Part shown: positions 1-12,111 of the stretch, in pieces
Numbering within the stretch: position 1 is the first letter of the stretch
Layout: every line of letters starts with the position of its first letter
Assembly (NCBI GenBank): GCA_051294375.1
Contig: CM119266.1
Location: 9,866,538 to 9,930,537 of the forward strand
DNA length: 64,000 bases
Source of the DNA: Paraspadella gotoi
Lineage: Eukaryota > Animalia > Chaetognatha
Direction of reading: 5' to 3'
Translations under genes and position numbers: made by a program
The notes under the pieces: model-generated
Told to the model about the DNA's origin: nothing
The model's input: only the letters and a program-made list of their open reading frames with translations
Database searches by the model: none

Positions 1-506
1 GAGCAGGACAGAAAATAAGAAGGAAGAACTCGAGGTCCGATTATTAACTTTTATGCCCTCATTCAGTCAGACCTGTGACTCTCCTCAATCTATTTCCTCT
101 TTCACTTTTCTCCGGGGCCANNNNNNNNNNNNNNNNNNNNNNNNNNNNNNNNNNNNNNNNNNNNNNNNNNNNNNNNNNNNNNNNNNNNNNNNNNNNNNNN
201 NNNNNNNNNNNNNNNNNNNNNNNNNNNNNNNNNNNNNNNNNNNNNNNNNNNNNNNNNNNNNNNNNNNNNNNNNNNNTCGAGGTTCCGTTGACTCGGAAGT
301 CGGGAAGAAAAAAGCAAATCTTTGAGAGAAAAATAAATCGTAATTTGTATTCGGTGGGAAAAAAAAAGGGGAAGGGANNNNNNNNNNNNNNNNNNNNNNN
401 NNNNNNNNNAAAAAAGGGAAGAAAGGAAAAGAAAGTAGTAAGCTCGACATGGAGAAAGTCGGAAGAAATAAAATGTCGAATGTAGGAATATTTCTGGTAG
501 CACATT

Positions 507-643
507 ATATGAAGTAGGTCCAATATTATAAAAAATTTTTGATAATATTTTTTCCCAGACTTTAACATGCTATGTCAAGTTAACGAATCCCTACTTCTTA
601 CTGAAAAATTACATATATTTATATTGGTTGTACCAATTTCATA
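507..643. mobile_element. Short MITE-like element with imperfect terminal inverted repeats; its right terminus recurs twice more in the window
   Basis: The right end TTTATATTGGTTGTACCAATTTCATA (618-643) recurs at ~40468-40493 and ~55132-55157. The left end TATGAAGTAGGTCCAATATTATAAAAA (~508) loosely matches the reverse complement of the right end. Both ends have TA-rich flanks. Confidence 0.35.
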
Positions 644-2189
644 TAATAAAAATATTATTAAATTTGAACAAACAGTATAAAGTTATAAACTATCCATTCA
701 TTCCATAACCGTACTCCACAACAGGGTATTATGCAATCGTTAAAACTATATCGATTCATCGTAACTTTGTACTAGCTGCAATCATTTTTTAAAAATTCAT
801 CTACAAGAAATTTATCGTATTATTTTACAGAAAAAAACCTCCAACACACATGGACGGACCGACTGAAAATTGTTTTTTAACGAGTCGCTCTTCGAGAGCG
901 ATCAAAAGACGGAAAAAAAGAGAAAAGAAAAAAGAAAAGAGAAAAAGTAAAAAAAGAAAAGAAAAAAGAAAAGAGTTCTTGATTTCCTCCCTAAAGTAGC
1001 AACACAATTTCTCGCCTTCATGCATAAAACGAGAATTCGAGATCCGACGAAACCAGGACCCAAAATAGTGAGGAGGTTTGAGAAGTGATGGGGGGNNNNN
1101 NNNNNNNNNNNNNNNNNNNNNNNNNNNNNNNNNNNNNNNNNNNNNNNNNNNNNNNNNNNNNNNNNNNNNNNNNNNNNNNNNNNNNGTAGACGGGATAGGT
1201 AAGGCGGGAAAGAAGAGATCAGGTGTGGGGGTTAATAATCGAGAAGGATGAATGGTAAGTTAAGGAGAAAAGAGATTTGAAGAGATGCGCGAAAAAGAGG
1301 TGACCTTTTAGGGTGAGTACAGATGAAATGCAGATAAATACAGATGGTTGAAGACGAAGGGCGCCTAATGGTTGAAATTAGCGAAAAAAAGGAGACATTG
1401 ACGTTCGGTTGGAAAGAGATTATTTCCTACCTTCCAGTTAACTTTATGTTACTTCCTCTTTTTCTTTATTACTTCCTTTATTTCGAACTGTTTCTTCTCT
1501 TCTATCCTGTTACTTCTCCGTTATTTTTTTAATTCCTAAGTTCTTCCCTTTTCCTACCTCTTACTTGCCCCGCGTTCTCGTTATATCTCCCTCGTTCTTT
1601 AATCATTATTTTCTTCCCCTGTTCTCGTTATTTCCCCTTTACCTATCTATTACTTCCCCCTGTTTTGTCTCTGTTTCCTTCTGTTATTTTCATCTCCCAG
1701 AGCGAGACTTTTTACCTTTTGTTTCTTACGAACCTCAGACCTGGATTCTTTTTTTTTTCTGAAGCCTAAAGGCGATTAGCAGGCGGCAGAGACGTAAAAT
1801 AGTCGGAGACGGAATCACCGAGAGAGNNNNNNNNNNNNNNNNNNNNNNNNNNNNNNNNNNNNNNNNNNNNNNNNNNNNNNNNNNNNNNNNNNNNNNNNNN
1901 NNNNNNNNNNNNNNNNNNNNNNNNNNNNNNNNNNNNNNNNNNNNNNNNNNNNNNNNNNNNNNNNNNNNNNNNNNNNNNNNNNNNNNNNNNNNNNNNNNNN
2001 NNNNNNNNNNNNNNNNNNNNNNNNNNNNNNNNNNNNNNNNNNNNNNNNNNNNNNNNNGAGAGAGAGAGAGAGAGTTTCGGGTTGAAGGTAAAAGAAGTGA
2101 AACGGAAAGAGGATTAGAAACAACACGAAGACGTAAAAAGTGACACGAAAAGATTTCGGGTTTAAGGACGTCGACGTTTGAAACTATTG

Positions 2190-2293
2190 TAGGTCGGCCG
2201 GAAATGGGGTGAGGGCGTCCTGAAATGAAGAGAGGGCGACCGGAATATGGGGGAAGGGCGGCCGGAATATGAGGCTCGGTCGGTAGTATTCGG
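2190..2293. repeat. Degenerate ~21-23 bp minisatellite, ~5 units
   Basis: Successive units: aggtcggccggaaatgg / agggcgtcctgaaatga / agggcgaccggaatatgg / agggcggccggaatatga. Confidence 0.6.
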
Positions 2294-2605
2294 AACGAAA
2301 TACAGGAAGCGAAACAAATACCAATGAATAAAGAAAAAAATAAAAAAATGAGGAAGATTCTAAAGCTGCTTAGAAAAAGTCGCCGACAGCCGCAAGTCCC
2401 TTTTGTCGGATGCCCGGTCATCAAATCTCATCTATTTTCGGGCATCGACGCTAGGAGCCGCCCGGGGTCAAGGTCGTCCGAAAATAAGAAGAGGGAAAAA
2501 GAGATAAAAAAAAAAAGAACAACGAGGGAAGAGAATAATAAAAGGCAATAAAAAGAATGAGAAGAAGGAAGGAAAAAATGAAGGTAAAAGATGAAAATGG
2601 GGGAA

Positions 2606-2717
<112 letters not shown>

Positions 2718-3218
2718 TATAAATGACTTGGCTTTTTTCCGCTTAAGTGCCAACTATTTTTCCCTTTCGATCGGAAAGAATTTGCAATTCCCTCAAGTTC
2801 GAAAGACTTACTCAACCAAATCTGACCTCGATCGACACAAAATGAATGGCGCCGGACGATGAGAATGATCTGAGAATAATAAATTAAACTTTGGAACTAA
2901 AAAATATTTATAAAAATAGGAATGAAATAAAAAAGGAAAAATTAAATCGACCTCTGCCGGAGGCCTCAAAAAACCTGTTCGCGTCATTTCAAATCAATTC
3001 GAAAATCAACTCAAATGGCCTTAGATAAAAGGCAAAAGGAATTGTGGTGAAGAGGAAAGAATTTTTCGTCGTCGTTGAATAATATTTATTTTTGCCTTTT
3101 GCTTTGTTTTAAACAATCGTTTAAATATCTTTTTTGTTACGCCAGTTAGTAATTGTTTGTAAACGTAACTTTTTTAGCGACGGCAGATGATAATTTCTGT
3201 AAAAGGTTTCTATTGACG

Positions 3219-3219
<1 letters not shown>

Positions 3220-3249
<30 letters not shown>

Positions 3250-3301
3250 GATTTTCCTGCTTGACATCGTCGTCGCTATCGTCGTCATCGTCGTTGTCGT
3301 C
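3220..3301. repeat. (GTC)n microsatellite, perfect then degenerate
   Basis: gtcgtcgtc... run followed by interrupted copies. Confidence 0.9.
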
Positions 3302-3506
3302 TCTCCCGATTTCCCGCCGCCTTTGAATCCGTCACTCGCAGATTCTGCAACATTTGGCGAAATCAAAAACGAAAATGGCGTCGACTCTTTTCGCGATTCG
3401 ACGCCCAGCGGTGCCGTTCACGTCGTCGCAGTTTACGCCGGCGCTCCGGTTAAACCACTTTACCGAGTTATCATCAACCACAATGCTAGTACTACTACGA
3501 GCCTTG

Positions 3507-3670
3507 GTGACACTGATATCTTTGACATCCTCCTTAGTGACACTGAAACCGTGACGTTTACATCTCCAATAAACACCTTAATGACAGTGACATCTTTGAT
3601 GACACTTTAGTGACACTGACACTGTGACACTGACATCTTTGATGACACTTTTGTGACACCGACATCTTTA
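3507..3670. repeat. Degenerate GTGACAC/TGACATCTTT short tandem repeat
   Basis: Repeated motifs gtgacactga, tgacatctttgatgacacttt and gtgacac(c/t)gac. Confidence 0.75.
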
Positions 3671-3811
3671 ATATTCACCACCTTTTCCGGCCACCCAACC
3701 ACTTCGCCCACCACCCTCAATCCCATAACATTATTCCACCATCTATTCCAGCCTTCTTCCATCAGCGTCGGCGTCTTTTCGCGTCACGACGCCACCTGGC
3801 GCTCGAGGCGC

Positions 3812-4095
3812 CGGCCACGCCCCTCGTCACTTCCGGTTGCGAGACGCGAAAAACGCGGGGGAAATATTTCCGGCGATAAAATCCGGGGAATGTAGTGACT
3901 CCTGGTTTTTTTGGGAGAGAGGNNNNNNNNNNNNNNNNNNNNNNNNNCGGCCACCACCCTCGTGCACTTCCGGTTGCGAGACGCGAAAAAACGGCGGGTG
4001 AGAGAATATTTCCCGGTTGTGCCGCGGAATAAATCCCAGGGAATTATTAAGCAGTTAGATGACTAGCCGTGTTTCTTTGGTTTTTGGAGGAGAAG
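3812..4095. repeat. Direct duplication across a 25-N gap (clean copy 3812-3922, indel-rich copy from 3948)
   Basis: cggccacgcccctcgtcacttccggttgcgagacgcgaaaaa is repeated after the gap with many insertions. Confidence 0.85.
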
Positions 4096-4116
4096 AGGGG
4101 GTGGGAGAGAGAGAGT

Positions 4117-4150
<34 letters not shown>

Positions 4151-5079
4151 TGAGAGCAGAGAGGAGAGAGTGAAGTGCTTCGAAGGCACTGCACGGGGAC
4201 TTACTCGCGGCACTGATTTACGTGTAGGGGAATCTCGATCATGTACACGGTCGCCCCAAGTTATGTAGCGGCTTCTTCGCAATGCATTCGGCATATAGTG
4301 TAAAGAAACAATCCCTGGCCAAGAACATAAGCATACTCGACCCGACTAACCGGGCTGTTGCCTAAGACTCTTCTCTACAACAACGCACGGCCCCCACTCT
4401 CCAAACTCTATCCCCTTCCAATCATTTCCCCCCCCTCAAAGAAGTACGAAAATTCGACATATCTTGTGTTTTTCTGTGCTCAAAGATCAAAAGACAAGAG
4501 AAAGAACAAATAGAGCAAAAGCCGGACCCGCCGGGGTCCCAATAACGCGGTGCGACAAAAAAAAGAAAGAGAAAGAAACACTTTGCGGCGGAGACTTTTA
4601 ATCCCAGGTAACTTCTGATCAACTTGTCAGCATACATACGAGCGACGCGAAGACTTCGGGGGGAGAGAGATCCCTCTCATGCATCAGAAGTTAGTGTAGT
4701 GGAGATTTACTGGCTATATGAAAACTCTCTTCCTCTTCGTCGTCAGCTCTCGGCTCATCATCCAGCCGGATCGTCTCTCTACACTCTCGTTCGATCTCCA
4801 TAGCATACGACTCATAGACTCTCCTTCGTCTCCAAGTAACCACACCGCACGCTCAGCGGCAGCAGTGACCGGCGCGCCTGATCTGCGAATCGACACACAC
4901 ACGGCCGGGCTGTACATGAATTGCGGTCCAAAAGGCAGGATTTATTGGTACCGGGCGCGCCGGTCGTCAGACTGAAAACCAGGCCGTCGTCGCTGGAAAA
5001 CGCAAAAACCGCGCTCCAATTTGACGCCGGATCGACGCTGAGTGAATTGCAGGCTCGATTGAACATCCGGCTTGGATGC

Positions 5080-5476
5080 CTGATTAGAAGTGTTGGAATT
5101 TGTGTCAGATCTTACGCCTGATCAGTTATTGATTGGGTGCCTTATTCCTCGCCAGATTTTAGGACTGACATAATATGATTGAGTGATTGGCGTATTTCAT
5201 TGTCATTTTAACAACTAACTGAATTCCGATTGGACCCGAATACGACGTTAGATTTGATTTTTGATTAAATAGTTTTTCCCCGTTAGATTTGGCGCTTGTT
5301 CTAATGCATGATCGAATGCCAAATCGGATGTTTGATCAGGCGCCAAAACGCTTTCAAATCTGACTCTTGATTACATCGCGAATTCTGCATTAGATTTGAC
5401 AACTGACTCACGTGATTGAGTGTCTTTTCCCGGTCAAATTTGACGCGTGGGTACGACTGATTTTAGGTCCTGATTA
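5080..5476. repeat. Cryptic degenerate tandem repeat, ~35-46 bp units
   Basis: Recurrent TGATT...(T/C)AGATTTGA pattern, e.g. tgattgggtgccttattcctcgccagatttt, tgattaaatagtttttcccgttagatttgg, tgattgagtgtcttttcccggtcaaatttga. Confidence 0.5.
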
Positions 5477-5687
5477 TACTCTATAATATGGATACGTGAA
5501 TCGCAGCACTAAACAGAATTTCATCGCACCAAAGGGCAACAATCGCGATTTTTACTCGGTCGGCACAACTTCAGCATTTTAGTTTGCTAACGCGAAAACG
5601 ATAGCGCGGCCGACGTGAGGTATTCGGTATAGAACAAAACATGAACAGCAACGCGCAAGGACGTGACGACCTCGTGGAAGTGCATTG

Positions 5688-5886
5688 GACGACGATGACG
5701 ACGACGAAGACGATGCTGATCAAGACGAAGACGACGACGACGACGACGAAGACGATGCTGATCAAGACGAAGACGACGACGACGAAGACGATGCTGATCA
5801 AGACGAAGACGACGACGAAGACGACGACGAAGGCGACGCTGATGACGACAACGACGACGCAGACATCGACGACGACGACGTCGACG
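5688..5886. repeat. Compound (GAC)n repeat with three higher-order units (GATGCTGATCAAGACGAAGAC; periods 42 and 36 bp)
   Basis: gatgctgatcaa occurs at 5712, 5754 and 5790 within GAC runs. Confidence 0.9.
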
Positions 5887-7585
5887 AATTTGCAATGTAA
5901 ATAACCTGTTTTTTCGTCTCAACCTTCTCCTCGACGTCGACTCGGGTCTCCGAGAGGCGTTGAAATCCGACGCCAACGAAATCACGTGACCTCACGCCTG
6001 AAATCTCACCGATTCCGGTGGCGCCACGAGAGAAGGAAGAGGGGAGATGGGGGAGGGAGAGATGAAGGGAGTGAGGAAGGGAGGNNNNNNNNNNNNNNNN
6101 NNNNNNNNNNNNNNNNNNNNNNNNNNNNNNNNNNNNNNNNNNNNNNNNNNNNNNNNNNNNNNNNNNNNNNNNNNNNNNNNNNNNNNNNNNNNNNNNNNNN
6201 NNNNNNNNNNNNNNNNNNNNNNNNNNNNNNNNNNNNNNNNNNNNNNNNNNNNNNNNNNNNNNNNNNNNNNNNNNNNNNNNATGAAAAAAGAAACATAAAA
6301 AAGAGAGAAACAGGTTTTGTCAACGAGAGAGAACAACAGATGTCTGAAGAACGGATCGAGTAAGTTAAAGGTGAGACGAGGAAGGAGAGAGAGGAAAACT
6401 ACAATTAAAACGAGGAAAAAGAGAAAAGTTCAGGTGGCGCCACGTAGAAGTCGAAAGGGACAAAAGAACCGTGTGCAGAGTCTACGTTATAGCAACGATG
6501 ACGTCAAAGATGACAACGACGATGACAACAATGATGGAGATAAAGACAACGACGACAAGGTTAACATTAACGTAAATTTAGTTTCAATAAATTCCACTTT
6601 GGTTTCATGCTGAAATCCCTGTCTTCTTACTTAAATGTGGTGGCAGCGGTGGGATTCAAAATCACGCCTCCTAAGAGACTGGTGCCTCAAAATATGAATA
6701 AAACTAATACACGTAAACAAATAATTAAATTTATTATTTATAGTTTTTTGGGGGGGAAGAAAATACGAAGAGAAAATTGTTGTAGGATTTAAGGCAGACG
6801 AATTAAAAGTGAAAGTAAAGGATGCTCGCGACGGTTATATTCGAAGGACGACGACGACGACGACGACTACTACAACGACGACGACGTTAATTCAAGGATA
6901 CTACGCGGCGAGCAAACAATCGTTCAGCTTCGAAGAAAAAGCAAACTTCAAACAGAGCATACAATCAAATGAGCAAACAAGCTTTAATAGGCAGCCTTCA
7001 AACATACAGATTAAATTCAAGATTAAAATCGCCATTTTATTCAAATCAAAATAGTGGCTGAATGAGAGAGGAAAGGAAAAGAAGTATAAAAAATCTAGTT
7101 TATTAATTCGCTTACCTGGTAATCCGAAATAGGCAAAAAAAAAAAAAAATAATGAAAAAAGTTGTAATCATTAGTTGAACATCAAATGGAAAATTCTTGA
7201 ACAGGTAACGGATTTTAAAAAGATAAAAATTTCAAAATTTTTGTTCCCGTCCTGTTTTTGAGAAAAACAAATAAGTTATCTTGGCTGAAAAAAAAAAGCT
7301 TTTATTCATTTATTCAAAACTATTCTATCGGAATAAAAATATATTTCGAAAAGTCGAACAAAAGACGCGCGCAATTATCCGACCCAAAAGTTAACCGACG
7401 CTTTTCTTCTTTCAAACTTCAAAGGTCAAAAAAGGATGAGACTTGTTTAACGACCAAAGTATTCGGGGTTTAAGGGTTTAAGGTTTTAAGGGGTCGTTTA
7501 AGGGTCGTTCCCGACCTCATCTCGCCAGCGGATATATTCATCTCTGTGAAGTGAATGACTCGGGTGATGCGGGAAGAAGAAGATC

Positions 7586-7617
<32 letters not shown>

Positions 7618-8052
7618 NNNNNNNNNNNNNNNNNNNNNNNNNNNNNNNNNNNNNNNNNNNNNNNNNNNNNNNNNNNNNNNNNNNNNNNNNNNNNNNNNNN
7701 NNNNNNNNNNNNNNNNNNNNNNNNNNNNNNNNNNNNNNNNNNNNNNNNNNNNNNNNNNNNNNNNNNNNNNNNNNNNNNNNNNNNNNNNNNNNNTCCCCCT
7801 CCATCTCCGTCTATAGAGAAATTGCTTATCTGCATAACCGATATTTTTTTTAGTTCAGATTTACGTCGTAGAAGCGAAAAAAAAAAAAGAAAAACCGATA
7901 CTGCGTCTTTATTATTTATTTATTTATTTATTATTTTGTTTTATTGCAATTTTTTTTGTCTCTAAGGAAAAAAAGTAAGAAAGAAGATTAAATTACAATA
8001 AATTCGTGAATAAATGTAACCCGTTTCCGGAGATTATAAATAAAATCATCTT

Positions 8053-8092
8053 TCCTCCTCCTCCTCCTCCTCCTCCTCCTCCTCCTCCTCTT
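8053..8092. repeat. (TCC)n microsatellite
   Basis: Perfect trinucleotide run. Confidence 0.95.
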
Positions 8093-9187
8093 CATTGAAT
8101 TAACCTTCGCAGCCAAATCCCCGCCACCTGCGCTGCAGCGTCGCTGACCCCGAAACCGCTTTCATGTTACCCGTTTTTTTCCCCATTTTATTTTTTTTCC
8201 TTTCTTGTCAATTTCTTCTTACTGTTTTTCCAGAACAAGCGTAATTTTTGTTATTTTTTAAAAAATCTTTGGGTCACTAAAATTTATTTGCATTAATTTC
8301 TGCTTTTTTCCGTTGAATTTTTTTTTCTGAATTTCTGCCCATGATTTTTAATGAAACAGTTTATATTAACGTATAATTATAATACAATATAAATTGTGAT
8401 TTAAACATCTAAAACATTTCCGGTTGTACTTATACCCGATATCTCTCGTCGTCGGGCGCCATATTGTTTTTCTCACTTTTCGTTTGGCGAGGAGACAATC
8501 TCGATTCTCCTTTCAACTTTCTTTTCTTTTTTTCCTTTTCTTTTTTTCTCTCTTTATTTCCTTTCATTGTTTTTCTTTCTTTCTCTTTTGCTTTATTTCC
8601 TTCATTCTCTTTTCATTTTTTCCCACGCGATCTNNNNNNNNNNTAAATCTCGAATCAAACCTTTATTTTTTGACTTTCATGCTTTGTCCTATTTTTAGAC
8701 NNNNNNNNNNCATCCATCCATCCATCCATTTAATCTCCGCCCCTCTTTCTCTGATCATCCTCCTTTTATATAACTCAGGCCTGAGGCGGACATTTTTATC
8801 GCTCTTTATGTCTGGATGGACGTCTTCATCTCGACCGACGGCGTCTCTCTCACGGTCACACCCTATTTACCCCTTTTTCTCACTTCTAAGGTCTCACGGC
8901 TCACAGAACGAAACTTTGCTCTCACAGTTTTATTTTTGGTCAAGCGTCACAATTGAGTATCACAGTAAAAGTTTACGCTTTAATGAATTTCAATACATCT
9001 GACCAAAATGTGATATCATTTTGAATTACAACGGCCCCCCATCTTAGCTCTGCCCCATCTTTCCAAAATCCTTCCAACCTTTCGCGGCATTATCCGCAGC
9101 CCCGCAGCCCCGCCGCCCCGCCATGCAGCAGCCTTATTATCCGCTCATAACGCTGGCAAATCCTCTTAAATGGCTTTTCTAGTCACC

Positions 9188-9197
9188 GTCGTCATCT

Positions 9198-9233
<36 letters not shown>
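9188..9233. repeat. (GTC)n microsatellite
   Basis: Trinucleotide run. Confidence 0.9.
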
Positions 9234-9234
<1 letters not shown>

Positions 9235-9270
9235 GGACATTGTCTTTCTTTGTGTCTGAAATGTAAATAA

Positions 9271-9456
9271 CCTGGAACCTGGTTGCCTGCGATATCTCAC
9301 CAACTGTCGTAGGCGCTGCCGACCCTCAGTGACAGCCTCATGTCACTGGCATGGTTTAACCGGTCCCGTCACATTAAACCAGATCCGGTGATTAAGCCCG
9401 CTCGCAGTCAAGCCATTAATGACAATGTCGAGGCGGTATAAAATCATACCAGTTCA
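9271..9456 (+). ncRNA. Candidate structured RNA element, family unknown
   Basis: Three consecutive stems: 9285-9294/9305-9314 (10 bp, 2 G-U), 9327-9334/9341-9348 (8 bp) and 9352-9359/9374-9381 (8 bp). Possible enclosing pairings. No family recognised. Confidence 0.3.
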
Positions 9457-9834
9457 AGCAATATAAAAAATAAGATTAGTCCATTGTGTATCGAAATTTT
9501 TCTTAATCATCATAATCCGGTTTTAATACATAATGCATACATAAATTCGTTCACGGACTAAAATTAGTATTAAACGAATGAGTTTCGTTAAAATCGATAA
9601 AATTAAACGAATGAAACATAGTATAGATTCATTTAATGAAATTTTAGTTAATGAAGGCAGATTGAAGCAGACTGAAAGGCGAGTGACTTTCCTTCATCTA
9701 GAAAAAGCCAATGAACCGCAAAAGAATCGATAGCGTCTCTAGAAATTGACCCAGATATATTTTTGGGTGAATAGAAAACTAAGTTGGTAATCAGGAATGC
9801 AGTCTGTAACGAGTTGTAGAGAGAAATATCGTGG

Positions 9835-9835
<1 letters not shown>

Positions 9836-9897
<62 letters not shown>
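9836..9897. repeat. (AG)n microsatellite with a purine-rich tail to ~10085
   Basis: Dinucleotide run. Confidence 0.95.
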
Positions 9898-9901
<4 letters not shown>

Positions 9902-12074
9902 ATGAAAAGAATATAGATAGGAGGAGGAGAAAAAGGGAGGAAAGGAAATACGAGGTGAGAGAAGTTGAGGAGAGGAAAGTGGAGAGAAGAATAGGAGAGA
10001 AGGGGAGGAAAGGGAACGAATGATCTGAAAAGAGAAGAGAATAGAGAGGAGGAGTAGAAAGGATGAAGTAAAGATTGAGGAGAGATCAAAGAAATTGAGC
10101 AAGAATGCTGGCGTCATCGAGTTGCTTCTTCGCTTTATTTTCTCTTCTTATTTTCTTTTGGATTTTTATCTTTTCACCATAAAATCAACCGAAGAAATAA
10201 AAGGCATAATTAATAAACGAAAAAAAACAACTTTAATCATACGAAAAAGTTAATAGAGGAACGAATTAATGAACGAATAAATGAATGATCGAACGAAGCA
10301 ACGAATGACTGCGTTCGGGATTTCAAGCTCCATTCGCTAATGGAGCCGCAAAATATCTCCCTTTCAATTTCGCTCTTCGCCCCCTCTCTCTTTCTCCTTC
10401 ATTCACGAGGACCATCGCCTCGACTTCGGGCCACAGGTTAACAACGCGTCCCTCGCCACGCCCACGAGCCCCCCCGTTTCCTTGGCAACGCGTCTTGTTA
10501 TAAACACCCCTTTAAATGGTCCGCTTCCCCCTCCTTTCTCTTTCATCGACGGGTTTTTTTTTTTGAGAGAGAGAACAAAGAAAAAAGACGTTTCGGGGAG
10601 ACCTTGTAGAGGGAGGAATGGATTTACGACCAAAATGTACGGATGTTTAGACAGTTCAAGTATTAGGGTTGCGATTAATCTATCGGTGACGCTAAATGAA
10701 ATTCAATATTGGCTTTTTATCTCGATGTCGTTTGACAACTGGCGGCCTACATCCGTCCAGATTTGCCAAGAGCCAGAGATTCGACGTTCTGTCGGCTTGG
10801 AATAACATTTTCCATGGTATCTGCGAAATCTGTACGTAAGACATTGTCTCATTAATTAACGAAAATAGTATCATTATCATTAGTATCATTGTCATTATTA
10901 TAAGTATAATTGTGTAACTACAACTGTACTGCTTTCNNNNNNNNNNNNNNNNNNNNNNNNNGCGATTAACACCCCCCCCTTCTCTTTTCCCAGTGCTATC
11001 TCATCGTCCGTCGTCGTCGTCCGTCAGCTCTATTCCCTATCGCCACTCTTGAGGAATTGAATTCTTCCTGCTCCATTACTTTCCTTTGCAATTCGCTCTT
11101 TCCCCTGCCTCCTTGCCTCCCTGCCCTGCCCACCTCCCCCTTATCCCTGCTTTTCGCCCCCCATATGGTCCGCCAGCCTTATTTAGATCCTCGCCCCCTT
11201 TTCTTTTGGTCGCTCGGTCTCACGAAAGGGGAGAAGTCCTACACGAGAATACCCACGATTCCGTTTTAAAATTCCCATTTTCGTCTTAAGTTAAATCTAT
11301 GTTTAACAGTTATTTTATTAAATATAGACTGTTTAGTGTTAGTGTTTACGATCGACGCTACCCGTTGGTCCTCGGCTTCGGTTTTGTTTTGTTTGTTTCG
11401 CTATTGTTTCCAGACTCTTCGTCTCTCTGGTAATCTGAATTACCGAAAAAAAAGAAATTTTAAAAAACGAGGTTTCCGAAAGCACGAAAATAAGTTTTAT
11501 TAAAAACAATTTAATTTAGTTTATAAATTACGAACGATTTTGCCTAATAAAATCCTGTTTGGCGCGCTCTACGCTACTGACGGCCCTGATGGCGGTCTGG
11601 GATCATTGAGTGACGGCATCGTTGAAAGAACGCAATTGGTTTAGTGATGAAAATCCTTTTGTATGACAGCGTTGGTTACAACAGCTCGGGAGATCACAAC
11701 CTTGTTTGGGTTCTGTTGAACTGAAATTTTTTTAAAGACTCGAGTCAGTAAGACCATTCCATCGAAACTCGCGAACAGCGACAACCATTGAACCCCATTT
11801 CCATCAAGCAGCAGATGCCTCCCCGTCATTCAATTTCAAAACAAACGCCATCCTCCGTCTCGCGCCAAGAATTCCCGAACCACGCGGGCATTCGCGCTCC
11901 GGCTGGCTCCCCCGGCACCTTCAGCCCCGCCACAGTCACGTCCGGGCCTCGGGCGCGTAATAACCCCGAAGGGACGAGAGAGAGAAAAAAATTAATGATG
12001 TCGAAAAAAAAAATTAAATAAAGAAGAGAAAATTGTTTCATGGTTTGCTGAAAAACAAAGCGAGGAATGGTGGG

Positions 12075-12111
<37 letters not shown>

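Noticed and set aside
3121-3610. Protein-like readings in three frames, including a minus frame with an in-frame TGA after CCRICE and a KKVTF motif
   Set aside because: The frames are mutually exclusive and held open by GTC repeats. There is no SECIS or splice support, so a selenoprotein or exon call cannot be justified.
7466-7510. TTTAAGGG repeats resembling telomeric sequence
   Set aside because: Only 4-5 degenerate units that do not match TTAGG, TTAGGG or TTTAGGG.
11560-11780. Unique island with short open frames and a weak hairpin (possible exon or pre-miRNA)
   Set aside because: All frames are short, the pairing relies on many G-U pairs and bulges, and no known miRNA was recognised.
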